From positions 15,860 through 79,859 of the forward strand of contig JBFWNO010000001.1 of assembly GCA_050251015.1 (NCBI GenBank): a stretch of DNA of 64,000 bases. Reading direction: 5' to 3'. Below the pieces are notes generated by a model. The model was not told the origin of the DNA. It was given only the letters and a program-made list of their open reading frames with translations, and searched no databases. This document shows, piece by piece, positions 37,118 to 46,209 of the stretch. The translations under genes were made by a program, and so were the position numbers. Numbering within the stretch: position 1 is the first letter of the stretch; each line of letters begins with the position of its first letter. The stretch comes from Planctomycetota bacterium (GTDB taxonomy: Bacteria; Planctomycetota; JBFWNO01).

Positions 37118-40100
37118 CCACCTTGGCCGAGACCTGCGTCTCCATCTTCATGGCCTCCACCACAAAGAGACCACGGCCCTTGGCCACCTTCATCCCAGCC
37201 TCCACCAGGACCTTGCTGACCTTGCCGGGAACCGGCGAACCCGATTCGGCCTCGCGGCCCTTGACGGCCTTGCGCCTCTCGGGGGTCTTCGAGGCGATTC
37301 TTTCGTCGCGGATGGTGAGCACACGGGGGAACCCGTTGAGCTCGAAGTGGAAAGGTCTCTCACCCTTGGCATCCGGCTCGCCGATCGCGAGAAGCTTCAC
37401 GATCAGGGTCTTGCCCCTCTCAATCTCCACCTGGACCTCCTTCCCCAGGGCCACACCGTGGAAAAAGAGGTGGGTGTCGAGGATGGAGGTGTCGCCGAAG
37501 CGGTGCTGGTGCTTGGTGAAGTCGCGGAACACCGGGGGAAACAAAAGATGCGCCATCACCTCGCGCTCCAGGGCCGGACGGCCTAGAAGTTCGTTGAGTT
37601 CCTTGCGGGCCAGTTCGAAATCCGCCGGTGGCAACATGGCCCCCGGACGGCCCTCGATAGGCTTTTCGCCCCCCAACACCCTCTTGCGGAGCTTCTCGGG
37701 ATACCCGAGATGGGGCCGACCCATCATCCCCATGAAGAAATCCTTGACGCTGGCCGGCCAGGCCAGGTCGCCCTCGCCTTCGGCCACATCGCGGGGTGTG
37801 AGATTCTGCGACATCATGAACAGGGCCATGTCCCCCACGGCCTTGGAGGTGGGAGTCACCTTCACCGGATCGCCCATCAACAGGTTGGCGTCGTGGTAGG
37901 CCGTGAGCACCTCCAGCCAGCGGCTCTCGAGCCCGAGGGCCTTGGCCTGAGGAAGAAGATTGGAATACTGCCCCCCGGGGATCTCGTGGAAATACACCAG
38001 CGATGAGCCGCTCTTGAGTCCGCTCTCGTATTCGGCGTAGTCCTCGCGGACACCCTGAAGATAGCTCTCAAGGGGCGCCAGAGCCTTGGCATCCACCAGG
38101 GTGTCGCGGGGTGTGCCGCGCAGGTTGGCGCAGAGCGAGCCGAGATTGGGCTGGCTCGTGAGCCCACTGAAGGGGCCCATGGCGACATCCACCACATCCA
38201 CTCCGGCCTCTGAGGCTGCCAGCAGGGTGGCTCCCCCCATCGAAGAGGTGTCGTGCGTATGCAGGTGCACCGGCACCGGCACGGCCTGCCTGAGCGCCGT
38301 CACCAGGATCTTTGCGGCCCGGGGCGTGAGCAGGCCGGCCATGTCCTTGATGGCGATCATGTCGGCACCCATGGCCTGCAGGCGCCCCGCCAAATCCACA
38401 TAGTAGGAAAGGGGGTAATTCTTGCGGGCGGGATCGGCCACATCTCCGGTGTAGCAAAGGGTGGCCTCGGCGATACCACCCTCCTCGCGCACCGACTCCA
38501 GCGCCACCTTCAGGTTCTCGGTGTCATTGAGCGCATCAAAACAGCGGAAAACATCCACGCCACCACGGGCCGCCTCACGGATGAAGGCCCGGATCAGGTT
38601 GTCGGGCTGGTTGCGGTACCCTAGGACATTGGATCCCCGCAGCAGCATCTGGAGAAGGGGCCGGGGGCAGGCCGAACGGATTCTCTCGAGTCGGTCCCAG
38701 GGACATTCCTTGAGAAACCGGTAGGCCACATCGAACGTGGCGCCGCCCCAGACCTCAAGGCTGAAGAAGGGAAGGGCATTAAGCCAGGGGAGGGTCGGGA
38801 GCATGTCGCGGGTCCTGAGCCGCGTGGCGATCAGCGACTGGTGCGCATCACGGAGCGTGGTGTCGGTGAGCCAGAGGCGGTTGTCGTCACGGATGCGGCG
38901 GAGGAACGTCTCACGGCCCAGGGACTTGAACATCTCGCGGCTGCCCTCGCCCTCCGACGCAGGAGGGAGGCCCGGGTTCACCCGCACTCCCCGGCGGGCC
39001 ACAGTACCGCGCTTCTCCAGGTGGGTGCTGCCGAGGAAATAAAGGATCTTGCTCGCCCTGTCCAGGCGAGGGGGAAACTGGAAGAGGGCCGGTGTCTCGT
39101 CCAGGAAGGCTGTGCTGATATTGCCCTCGCGGAAGGAGGCGTTGCGCACCACATTCTGCAGGAAGGGGATGTTGGTGCGCACCCCTCGGATGCGGAATTC
39201 GCTGAGGGCCCTGTCCATCTTGGCGGCGGCGGGCTCGAACCGCTCCGACCAGGTGCTGACCTTGCACAACAACGAATCGTAGTGGGGAAGGATCTCGAAG
39301 TTCACATCGCCACCCCCGGAGTCGAGCCTTACGCCCATGCCGGCCGCCGAGCGCCACGCGGTGATGCGCCCCGTCTGGGGGGCAAAGTCGTGGCTGGGAT
39401 CCTCGGCGTTGATCCGGCACTGGATGCTGTAGCCGCGGCAGGGAATGTTCTCCTGCTTGCCAAGGCCGAGGTCTGCTAGGGTGGCCCCTTCGGCAATGCG
39501 GATTTGCGCCTGCACAAGGTCGACCCCTGTGATCCATTCCGTGACCGTGTGCTCGACCTGCAGGCGGGGATTGGCCTCAATAAAGTACCAGCGCTGGGCG
39601 CCGCCCGTCTCCACCAAAAACTCCACGGTGCCGGCATTGGTGTAACCCACGGCCTTGCCCAGCTTCAGGGCCGCTTCGCGGATCTCAGCAAGAACCTCGG
39701 GCTTGACTCCGCGGCAGGGCGCGGTCTCCACCACCTTCTGGAAGCGTCGTTGAACGGAACAGTCGCGCTCCCACAGGTGCACCAGATTCCCCTTGGCGTC
39801 ACCAAGGATCTGCACCTCGATGTGCTTGGGCTTCTCGACAAACCGTTCGGCAAAGACTTGGGCCTTGCCGAAGGCCTTCAGGCTCTCCGCCCTGCAGCGC
39901 TCCCAATGGCCTCGAAGCTCCTCTTCGCGACGCACCACAGCCATCCCGCGACCCCCGCCGCCACCGGCAGCCTTAAGGATGAGGGGGAATCCCACCTTCT
40001 TCACCACCTCACGGAGTTCATCCTCTGTTTCAAGGGCCCTGGCATTGTTCGGGACCACGTTGATGCCCAGGCGCTCGGCCTCAATGCGGGCGGCCACCTT

Positions 40101-40451
40101 GTCACCCAGGGTTTCCAGGACCTTGGGGGAGGGGCCGACAAAGGTGAGTCCGGCGGCCGCCACGGCGCGGGCAAATTCGGCGTTCTCACTCAGAAAGCCA
40201 TATCCCGGATGTACGGCCTGGGCTCCCGAGCGCCGGGCCACGGCCACCAGGCCGGGAATGTCGAGGTAGGCCCCCACCGGGGTGAGGCCCTGGCCCACCA
40301 GGTAGGCCTCATCTGCTTTGTAACGGAAGAGCGACAAGCGATCCTCCTGCGAGTGCACCGCCACGGTGCGGATGCCCATCTCGGTGCAGGCCCGGAACAC
40401 GCGGATGGCAATCTCGCCGCGGTTGGCCACCATGAGTTTCTGGAAACCCAT
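37038..40451 (-). CDS. pyc: Pyruvate carboxylase (single-chain biotin carboxylase + carboxyltransferase + biotinyl domain)
   Basis: 1137 aa. N-terminal biotin carboxylase, central carboxyltransferase TIM barrel, and C-terminal biotin attachment motif EAMKMET. Confidence 0.9.
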   Translation of the reverse strand: MGFQKLMVANRGEIAIRVFRACTEMGIRTVAVHSQEDRLSLFRYKADEAYLVGQGLTPVGAYLDIPGLVAVARRSGAQAVHPGYGFLSENAEFARAVAAAGLTFVGPSPKVLETLGDKVAARIEAERLGINVVPNNARALETEDELREVVKKVGFPLILKAAGGGGGRGMAVVRREEELRGHWERCRAESLKAFGKAQVFAERFVEKPKHIEVQILGDAKGNLVHLWERDCSVQRRFQKVVETAPCRGVKPEVLAEIREAALKLGKAVGYTNAGTVEFLVETGGAQRWYFIEANPRLQVEHTVTEWITGVDLVQAQIRIAEGATLADLGLGKQENIPCRGYSIQCRINAEDPSHDFAPQTGRITAWRSAAGMGVRLDSGGGDVNFEILPHYDSLLCKVSTWSERFEPAAAKMDRALSEFRIRGVRTNIPFLQNVVRNASFREGNISTAFLDETPALFQFPPRLDRASKILYFLGSTHLEKRGTVARRGVRVNPGLPPASEGEGSREMFKSLGRETFLRRIRDDNRLWLTDTTLRDAHQSLIATRLRTRDMLPTLPWLNALPFFSLEVWGGATFDVAYRFLKECPWDRLERIRSACPRPLLQMLLRGSNVLGYRNQPDNLIRAFIREAARGGVDVFRCFDALNDTENLKVALESVREEGGIAEATLCYTGDVADPARKNYPLSYYVDLAGRLQAMGADMIAIKDMAGLLTPRAAKILVTALRQAVPVPVHLHTHDTSSMGGATLLAASEAGVDVVDVAMGPFSGLTSQPNLGSLCANLRGTPRDTLVDAKALAPLESYLQGVREDYAEYESGLKSGSSLVYFHEIPGGQYSNLLPQAKALGLESRWLEVLTAYHDANLLMGDPVKVTPTSKAVGDMALFMMSQNLTPRDVAEGEGDLAWPASVKDFFMGMMGRPHLGYPEKLRKRVLGGEKPIEGRPGAMLPPADFELARKELNELLGRPALEREVMAHLLFPPVFRDFTKHQHRFGDTSILDTHLFFHGVALGKEVQVEIERGKTLIVKLLAIGEPDAKGERPFHFELNGFPRVLTIRDERIASKTPERRKAVKGREAESGSPVPGKVSKVLVEAGMKVAKGRGLFVVEAMKMETQVSAKVDGTVSEILLKAGDPVESGDLVVVLAP

Positions 40452-41122
40452 CAGTGACTCACCTTCGACATCAGGAGGGGCTCCACGTGGAGTTCATCCA
40501 CCATCGCCTCGTTGAGCGGCCATGTGAGGGGCTGGTAGCCCTGCAAGTCGGCCCGGAATTCCTTCGCGGCCCTCAACCTCTCGAAGGTCACGCTGATCTC
40601 GCCATTGTTGTTGCTCACACCAACCTCGGCGCCATCGAGGGCCACCTGCACGCCCCTGAGAAGCTCCCCCGAGGCGGTGTCGATGAACCGGAGGGCGCAA
40701 AAGGGATCTCCCTTGGTCTCGGGGCGCGGGGACGTGGCCTGGTAGACGTTCCTGTCATTGCCGGCCACCTCGAGCTTGATGCTCTGGTAGGCCTTCTCGG
40801 GAGCCGCCCCCCGGTAGGGTCGGTGACCGGCCGCTTCCACCATGATCTCGGTGCATTCGGGAGTCAATTCAACACGACCCTCACCGCCCGCCAACACGAC
40901 CCGCGAATGAACCCCGCCCCCCGCCTTCAAAAGCGTGGCGATGGCTGTGCCCACTCCGGCACGGGAAAATTCCACCTTAAGCGTCACCTCCCGCAGAGAG
41001 GGACTCTGAGCCTGAGGAGTCGACTCAGAAATGGATGACGATGTGTCGGGACGCATGAACTTGGCCACGGCAAGGAGGGCCAAGATGCACACAGTGGTGA
41101 GCGCCAGGCCCCCCTTGTTCAC
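40451..41122 (-). CDS. Hypothetical membrane-anchored protein translationally coupled between sdhB-like and pyc genes
   Basis: GTG start overlaps the sdhB stop (GTGA). Stop overlaps the pyc start (TGATG). N-terminal TM anchor LALTTVCILALLAVA. The track's longer ATG form would overlap sdhB by 88 nt. Confidence 0.5.
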   Translation of the reverse strand: MNKGGLALTTVCILALLAVAKFMRPDTSSSISESTPQAQSPSLREVTLKVEFSRAGVGTAIATLLKAGGGVHSRVVLAGGEGRVELTPECTEIMVEAAGHRPYRGAAPEKAYQSIKLEVAGNDRNVYQATSPRPETKGDPFCALRFIDTASGELLRGVQVALDGAEVGVSNNNGEISVTFERLRAAKEFRADLQGYQPLTWPLNEAMVDELHVEPLLMSKVSH

Positions 41123-41886
41123 CCCAGAAGATCCCGGAAGATCTTCTGGGTCAGCTGGCGGTTCAGCGAGGCGATGGCCTCGGTGAGCGGGATGCTTTTG
41201 GGGCAAACCTCCACGCAGTTCTGGGCGTTAGCACAGCGGTGGATCCCTCCCTCGCCCTGGAGAGCCTCAAGACGGGCATCCGCTTGAAAGGCACCCGTGG
41301 GATGGGCGTTGAACAGGCGGACCTGGCCCAGGGCGGCGGGGCCGATGAAATCGGTTTCGGGTGTCACCTGGGGGCAGGCCTCGAGGCAGCAACCGCAGGT
41401 CATGCAGGTTGAAAACTTGTAGTTCTCCTCGGCATTCTTGGCGCTTTGGCGGGGTCCGGGCCCGAGGTCGTGGCTGCCATCGACTTCCACCCAGGCCTGC
41501 ACCTTCTTGAGAGCCTCGAACATCCTGTTGCGATCCACCGCCAGGTCACGCTTGACGGGGAAGGTGTCGGCGGGCTCGAGTGTGATGGTGTCGCCCAGAT
41601 CCTTGACCAAGGCCGTGCAGCTTTGCCGCACCCTGCCGTTGATCACCATGGTGCAGGCCCCGCAAACTTCCTCAAGGCAGGAGCACTCGAAGGCCACGGG
41701 GGCCACCTTGTGGCCGTTGGAATTACGGGGGTCGCGCTGGACAGCCTGCAGACAGCTGATCACATTGGCCCCTTCGGCCTTGGGCAGCTTGAACTCTTCC
41801 CAATAGGGGTTGTGCGAGGGGGAATCCTGCCGCTTGACCCGAAGGGTGATGGAAGAGGCTGAGGCGCCAGTGTCAGGGGTGCTCAT
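41119..41886 (-). CDS. sdhB: Succinate dehydrogenase/fumarate reductase iron-sulfur subunit homolog
   Basis: 2Fe-2S (CxxxxCxxC...C), 4Fe-4S (CMTCGCCLEACP) and 3Fe-4S (CANAQNCVEVCP) cysteine clusters all present. No flavoprotein subunit is adjacent. Confidence 0.8.
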   Translation of the reverse strand: MSTPDTGASASSITLRVKRQDSPSHNPYWEEFKLPKAEGANVISCLQAVQRDPRNSNGHKVAPVAFECSCLEEVCGACTMVINGRVRQSCTALVKDLGDTITLEPADTFPVKRDLAVDRNRMFEALKKVQAWVEVDGSHDLGPGPRQSAKNAEENYKFSTCMTCGCCLEACPQVTPETDFIGPAALGQVRLFNAHPTGAFQADARLEALQGEGGIHRCANAQNCVEVCPKSIPLTEAIASLNRQLTQKIFRDLLG

Positions 41887-41900
41887 TCTCCTATTATAAT
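41871..41900 (+). promoter_or_regulatory. Candidate sigma-70-type promoter for tRNA-Thr (TGTCAG-N18-TATAAT)
   Basis: Perfect TATAAT hexamer ends 17 nt upstream of the tRNA 5' end. The -35 element is weak. Confidence 0.35.
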
Positions 41901-41917
41901 CGCCCCGCCAATCCGGT

Positions 41918-41993
41918 GCCGAAGTAGCTCAGCTGGTAGAGCAATGCTTTCGTAAAGCATAGGTCACGGGTTCAAGTCCCGTCTTCGGCTCCA
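41918..41993 (+). tRNA. tRNA-Thr (anticodon CGT), with encoded CCA
   Basis: Cloverleaf folded by hand. 7-bp acceptor stem GCCGAAG/CTTCGGC. D-arm GCTC-AGCTGGTA-GAGC. Anticodon stem ATGCT/AGCAT with loop TTCGTAA. T-arm ACGGG-TTCAAGT-CCCGT. 3' CCA. Confidence 0.85.
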
Positions 41994-42190
41994 ATTTCAC
42001 CGTTGAACGTTCTTGGCTAAACGGCAGGCGGTGAATCGCAGGGTATAATGATGAGATGCTCAGGAACATCCTGGTCTGCTCGGTGATGGCTCTGGTGGCC
42101 ATCGCCACCCCCTGGCGCCTCAAGGCGGGTTGAGGGCCCCAAGCTTGTCCTACCCTGCCGGGTGCAGGGCCCGTCCAAATCAACCCCCTG

Positions 42191-42856
42191 ATGCTCAACC
42201 GGACTTCGGTGACACCGCAGGCCGTTGAATGGTCCAGCAAGGGTGACTACGAGGATTACGAAAAAGACGCCACGACCCTCCAACAGTTGGCCGACAGAGT
42301 GCTCAAGGGGAAAACTCTTTCCAAGCCCGCCCTGATTTTCTTCCACCAGCCAGCGGATCCCTCAGGCAAGGGACTGGATCCCCTTGCCGTGCTGACCTCG
42401 GGAAAGGATCTTTCCCTGGGGATGGCCCTGCACAACGTCTTTGACGTCTACACGGTGGCGGTTCCCAAGACCACCGTCCTGGCCGGCAAGTCGTCTCCCC
42501 TGACCCTGGTCACCGATGCCAAAGGCCAACTGCTGGCCGATACGGGTGGCAAGGGCCCCATCACGGCTTCCAGCCTGTATTCCGCCATGAGCGCCGCCTC
42601 GAAAATTCTGGGCTACGACCTGAAAGCCAAGGTCACCCGCGCCTGCTCCCTGGTGCAGACGATGATTTCCCTTGAGGGCCAGGTGAAGACCCAGCGCGAG
42701 AATCTGGCCAAGATCGCCAACCCCAACCAAAGGGGTGTAACGGAATCCCGGATCGCCGATCTGGAAAAACGTCGCATCGATCTTGAGGCTCAGGAGAAAG
42801 CCATCTGGGCCGACCTCCCCACCATCAAGCCCGAGTCCGCCACCAAGGCGGGCTGA
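42191..42856 (+). CDS. Hypothetical secreted/periplasmic protein (mature portion); upstream in-frame signal-peptide ORF at 42056-42123 is separated from it by a single TGA
   Basis: 221-aa ORF. In the same frame, 135 nt upstream, ATG 42056 encodes MLRNILVCSVMALVAIATPWRLKAG followed by TGA. A TATAAT box ends 7 nt before that ATG. Confidence 0.55.
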   Translation: MLNRTSVTPQAVEWSSKGDYEDYEKDATTLQQLADRVLKGKTLSKPALIFFHQPADPSGKGLDPLAVLTSGKDLSLGMALHNVFDVYTVAVPKTTVLAGKSSPLTLVTDAKGQLLADTGGKGPITASSLYSAMSAASKILGYDLKAKVTRACSLVQTMISLEGQVKTQRENLAKIANPNQRGVTESRIADLEKRRIDLEAQEKAIWADLPTIKPESATKAG

Positions 42857-42905
42857 CACCTCACCCGGCCTCCGAGGCTACAATGGCGCTCCCAGGAGTG
42901 CCCCC

Positions 42906-43361
42906 ATGACCATCAAGGACAGGATTTCCGAGGATCTCAAGATCGCCATGAAGGCCAAGGATGCCGTGAAACTGGGCGTCCTCAGGATGCTCAAGGCGCG
43001 CATCATCGAATTTGAGACTTCGGGTCAGGCCAAGGAACTCACCGAGGAGGTCTTCCTGGGCATGGTGAAGAACCTCATCAAGCAGAAGCAGGAAAGCATT
43101 GCCTCCTTCACCGAAGCGAACCGGCCCGAGAAGGTCGCCGAGGAAAAGGCCGATCTCGCCGTCCTCGAGGCTTTCCTTCCCGCGGGCATCCCGGAAGCCA
43201 AGGTGCGCGAGGTGGTGGCCGCTGTGGTGGCGGAACTCAAGCCGGCCGGCCCCAAGGACACCGGCAAGGTGATGGGAGCCGCGATGGGTAAGCTCAAGCC
43301 CCTGGGGTCGGTGGATGGATCCCTGGTTCAGCGTCTGGTGAAGGAGGCCGTGGGTTCCTAG
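42906..43361 (+). CDS. yqeY: GatB/YqeY domain protein
   Basis: 151 aa with the characteristic YqeY N-terminal pattern (DLKIAMKAKD ... LGVLRML). Start at an internal Met of the track ORF. Confidence 0.75.
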   Translation: MTIKDRISEDLKIAMKAKDAVKLGVLRMLKARIIEFETSGQAKELTEEVFLGMVKNLIKQKQESIASFTEANRPEKVAEEKADLAVLEAFLPAGIPEAKVREVVAAVVAELKPAGPKDTGKVMGAAMGKLKPLGSVDGSLVQRLVKEAVGS

Positions 43362-43369
43362 GGATCGGG

Positions 43370-43386
43370 AAATGCCTTTGGCATTT
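43370..43386 (+). terminator. Perfect hairpin AAATGCC-TTT-GGCATTT 8 nt after yqeY stop (no U-tract)
   Basis: Inverted repeat seen directly. Lack of a T-run lowers confidence that it is an intrinsic terminator. Confidence 0.3.
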
Positions 43387-43520
43387 GCGGCACAGGATCC
43401 CCCCCGATTCCTGGAGCATCTGTAGCTTGGGCAGTGGATTGGCGTAGCGGCAATGGGGGCACGGGATCGTGCCTCCTTCGGAGGCTCCATCCGAAGCCGC
43501 CCTAGCCTTGAGATTTCCCA

Positions 43521-43967
43521 TCAGTGTCCCAGGGGCCGCAGGCGCGTGCCCCGGATCCGGTCGGACCACTCGAGGTTGTCATCGGTTTCGCCGTAGTCCT
43601 TGAGGAATTTGCGGATCCTCTCGGCCAGTTCCTTGGCCTTCTTGTGGCGCTCCTCCTTCGGCAGATCCTCGGCTTGAGTGATGGCGTCTTCGATGGACTC
43701 CATCTCGTTCTTCTTGGCATCTCGGGCCCTCTTCGCATCCAAGGCTGCCTGAGCTTTGCGGCGCGCCGCATCCTCCGACTTCTGTTGTGCGATCTCCTTC
43801 TCCCTCTTCTGGGCAGCCTGGCTCGCATCCCGAGCCTTGGCTTCCTCTGTCAACCTAGCCTCGCGGGCATCCCGGGATTCCACTAATCCCAAATCCGTGC
43901 CGAAGGCCGCGAAGCCGAATAGGAGAAGTGCGGCGATGTTGCATCCCCAGTTGAGCATCAGGTCCAC
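43521..43967 (-). CDS. Hypothetical membrane-anchored coiled-coil protein
   Basis: N-terminal TM helix, then a highly charged K/E/A/R-rich helical region. Downstream of the thioesterase in the same orientation, with a 10-nt overlap. Confidence 0.5.
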   Translation of the reverse strand: MDLMLNWGCNIAALLLFGFAAFGTDLGLVESRDAREARLTEEAKARDASQAAQKREKEIAQQKSEDAARRKAQAALDAKRARDAKKNEMESIEDAITQAEDLPKEERHKKAKELAERIRKFLKDYGETDDNLEWSDRIRGTRLRPLGH

Positions 43968-44401
43968 CCCTCGAAGGCCGAGACCGTGGCCCGGAAATCC
44001 TCGGGAACACTGATGGGCTGGTACTGCGCGTCGATGGCGCAGTGGGTGGTGTACCCCAGCGCCACCAGTCTGTTGGTCTTCTTGTGGACAATGCGAAACT
44101 CGAAGGTGAAACTGCGACGCCCCTTCTCGATCGGCGCCATGCGCACGGCCACCGTCAGCACATCATCAAAGCGGGCGGGGCTTTTGAAGTCGACATGGGC
44201 GCTGACAACCACGTTCTCGAACCCCTTGATGGGGCGTATCCCTTCGGAGAGCCCGAGGTTGCGCAGGTAATCCACCCGGCCCACCTCGAGGTAGGTCAGG
44301 AAGTTACCGTGAAAGACAATGCCCATCGCGTCGGTTTCCGGAAGGCGCACGCGGAGCTCAGTGTGAAAGTGGAAGGGGGCCTCAGTAGAAGACGGTGTCA
44401 A
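43958..44401 (-). CDS. Acyl-CoA thioesterase, hotdog fold (YbgC/4HBT-like)
   Basis: 147 aa. Conserved thioesterase N-terminal motif (RVRLPETDAMGIVFHGNFLTYLE). Confidence 0.75.
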   Translation of the reverse strand: MTPSSTEAPFHFHTELRVRLPETDAMGIVFHGNFLTYLEVGRVDYLRNLGLSEGIRPIKGFENVVVSAHVDFKSPARFDDVLTVAVRMAPIEKGRRSFTFEFRIVHKKTNRLVALGYTTHCAIDAQYQPISVPEDFRATVSAFEGWT

Positions 44402-45069
44402 CGGACTCCGTGAGTGTCGAGGTATTGGAGCACCCGGGCTTTTTGGGCGGAATCCAACACCACCTTACCCCCAATCGACTGCCCTTCCAGGGCATGGACA
44501 ACTTCCTCGAGAGTGATGAGAGCCTCAAGCTTCACACCCTTGAGGCGGTGGAGCTCGCTCGCGGCGCTGTCGATGCCCTCCTCGCCGCGTTCCATCCTGT
44601 CCACGGCCACCAGGGCGTAGGAGGGAATAACGTTGAAGTGGTCCTTCAGGATATCGGCCGCTCCCTTGAGACTTATTCCCGATGAAATCACGTCGTCAAC
44701 CAGGATCACCTTCTCACCGGTCTTGGGAGTGCGTCCGACAAAGAGGCCCTTGTCGGCGTGACGCTTGGCCTCCTTTCTGTCGAAGCAGATCCCCGTTGAG
44801 GTCCCGTACAGCTTGTCATAGGCCCCCGCCACCGCCACCGCCAAAGGAATGCCCTTGTAGGCCGGTCCGAAGACGATGTCGCAGCCCCCGAGCTCGCGCA
44901 GTCTCTGGGCAAAGAAACCCCCAAGGGCATTGAGGGCCCGGCCCGAGTCCAGCTTGCCGGTGTTGAAGAAGTGCGGGCTTTGGCGCCCGCTCTTCAAGGT
45001 GAACTCACCGAAGAGGAGCACGCCTTCCTCCACCAGGAACCTTGCGAATAATTTTTTATCGAGGGGCAT
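44398..45069 (-). CDS. pyrE: Orotate phosphoribosyltransferase
   Basis: PRPP-binding motif VILVDDVISSGIS. 223 aa. Confidence 0.9.
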   Translation of the reverse strand: MPLDKKLFARFLVEEGVLLFGEFTLKSGRQSPHFFNTGKLDSGRALNALGGFFAQRLRELGGCDIVFGPAYKGIPLAVAVAGAYDKLYGTSTGICFDRKEAKRHADKGLFVGRTPKTGEKVILVDDVISSGISLKGAADILKDHFNVIPSYALVAVDRMERGEEGIDSAASELHRLKGVKLEALITLEEVVHALEGQSIGGKVVLDSAQKARVLQYLDTHGVR

Positions 45070-45082
45070 GGGCTCTATTTTA

Positions 45083-45122
45083 CCCCCTCCCTCCCCCTCT
45101 TGGGGGGAGGCTAGGTGGGGGG
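45083..45122. repeat. GC-rich hairpin repeat, copy B (inverted orientation relative to copies A and C)
   Basis: CCCCCTCCCTCCCCCTCTTGGGGGGAGGCTAGGTGGGGGG is the reverse complement, with few mismatches, of the 36368 and 46210 elements. Confidence 0.6.
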
Positions 45123-45127
45123 CTTCC

Positions 45128-46202
45128 TACCACCTTAAGAGGGCGCAGCAAGCTGCGCCCCTACACCCTGATTTAATCCATCCGTCATTCCCGCGAAAGC
45201 GGGAATCCATCATGGTCACCCATGCCCAAAGCATTTACGTCCATGAAAGTTACAATTAAAGCCGTGTTCTCATTGCTCACCAACATTCAGCAGCATGTTC
45301 CAGAAGATCAACTGTGCATCGTAAGTAAATATATAAGCGAACATGGCAAACGCATCAATTACTTTTATCGCTATGCCCCTGAATTTGACGGGGATACGGG
45401 ATGGAGGTTCCTGTCCGGATATGAGAATGAAAAATATGCCGAGGACCAGGATAATTTCGAACGCTGCACTCTCAACATCGTCTGCAATTTTGACCCCAAT
45501 GTGATCAACTTCTTAAGCCATCCCGCGGGTACAAAGATTGAGCGCAGCAATAAAACAGGGCGATTTGTAAAAGATCAGTCAGAAGATATCCCTGACATCA
45601 AGATCTATACTCAAGGGGTCTCATTCGACCCTGAAATTCCCATTTCATTTCATGTGCTCCCCGAACGCGAGTTTTGGGCAGTATTCTCAACTTTTGCAAA
45701 AGATCGAGAGGAAACCCTGTGTAGTGACCATGCAAAGGAAGCCTTCAGAGTAGGCATTTTTGAAACTCAGGGCGCCGTTGAGTTTTTCATGCTGGAACTT
45801 GCTTCAGGAAACACCGAACGCTTCTCCGTTGGATATGACTTCAACTATTGCCATCACACCTCCTCTGGCATCTATTCAATTGAAATGGTCGGCCCTGCCT
45901 TGCTCCGCGCCATCATGAAGGCTCATAGCTCTGTGCCTGATGGGAGCAAATGGGCGCATAGTGTTGTCTTTGAGATTGACGATTTGATGGGCGATATGAT
46001 CGTCCAATACAACAATTGCTACATCTTAGATCGCACGCCTTCCATTCTTAGGGATAAGTTGGGTTGCCCGGTATCTTGATGACATCCTTGATGGATTCCC
46101 GCATTCGCGGGAATGCCGAATAAGAAGGGCGCATTGCCATGCGCTCCTACGGAAACCATTATCTGGATGTAGGGGCGCAGCCTGCTGCGCCCTCTTAGGT
46201 GG
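45128..46202 (+). mobile_element. AT-rich ~1.1 kb single-ORF cassette bounded by nested imperfect inverted repeats (MITE/cassette-like); no recognisable transposase
   Basis: Outer ~40-bp terminal inverted repeats at 45128-45168 and 46165-46202. Inner 26-bp palindromic repeats at 45186-45211 and 46090-46115. Internal GC is ~20 points below the flanks. Confidence 0.45.
45222..46079 (+). CDS. Hypothetical protein (285 aa) encoded in low-GC island
   Basis: Only long ORF in the island. Codon usage is AT-rich, unlike all neighbouring genes. No signal peptide or TM helix. No family recognised. Confidence 0.6.
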   Translation: MPKAFTSMKVTIKAVFSLLTNIQQHVPEDQLCIVSKYISEHGKRINYFYRYAPEFDGDTGWRFLSGYENEKYAEDQDNFERCTLNIVCNFDPNVINFLSHPAGTKIERSNKTGRFVKDQSEDIPDIKIYTQGVSFDPEIPISFHVLPEREFWAVFSTFAKDREETLCSDHAKEAFRVGIFETQGAVEFFMLELASGNTERFSVGYDFNYCHHTSSGIYSIEMVGPALLRAIMKAHSSVPDGSKWAHSVVFEIDDLMGDMIVQYNNCYILDRTPSILRDKLGCPVS

Positions 46203-46209
46203 ACAGAAG

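Noticed and set aside
41111-41140. Perfect 10-bp inverted repeat CCAGAAGATC ... GATCTTCTGG around the sdhB stop
   Set aside because: Lies inside the sdhB coding 3' end (encodes QKIFRDLL), with no U-tract, and is immediately followed by the coupled GTG start. More likely coding coincidence or an mRNA structure than a terminator.
41929-42240. 103-aa minus-strand ORF
   Set aside because: Overlaps the tRNA-Thr gene and the promoter region; no support.
43465-43500. Tetraloop hairpins (CCTCC-TTCG-GAGG; GGCT ... AGCC) downstream of the 43521 gene
   Set aside because: Possible terminator for the minus-strand operon, but no U-tract on either strand and the stems are short. Not annotated.
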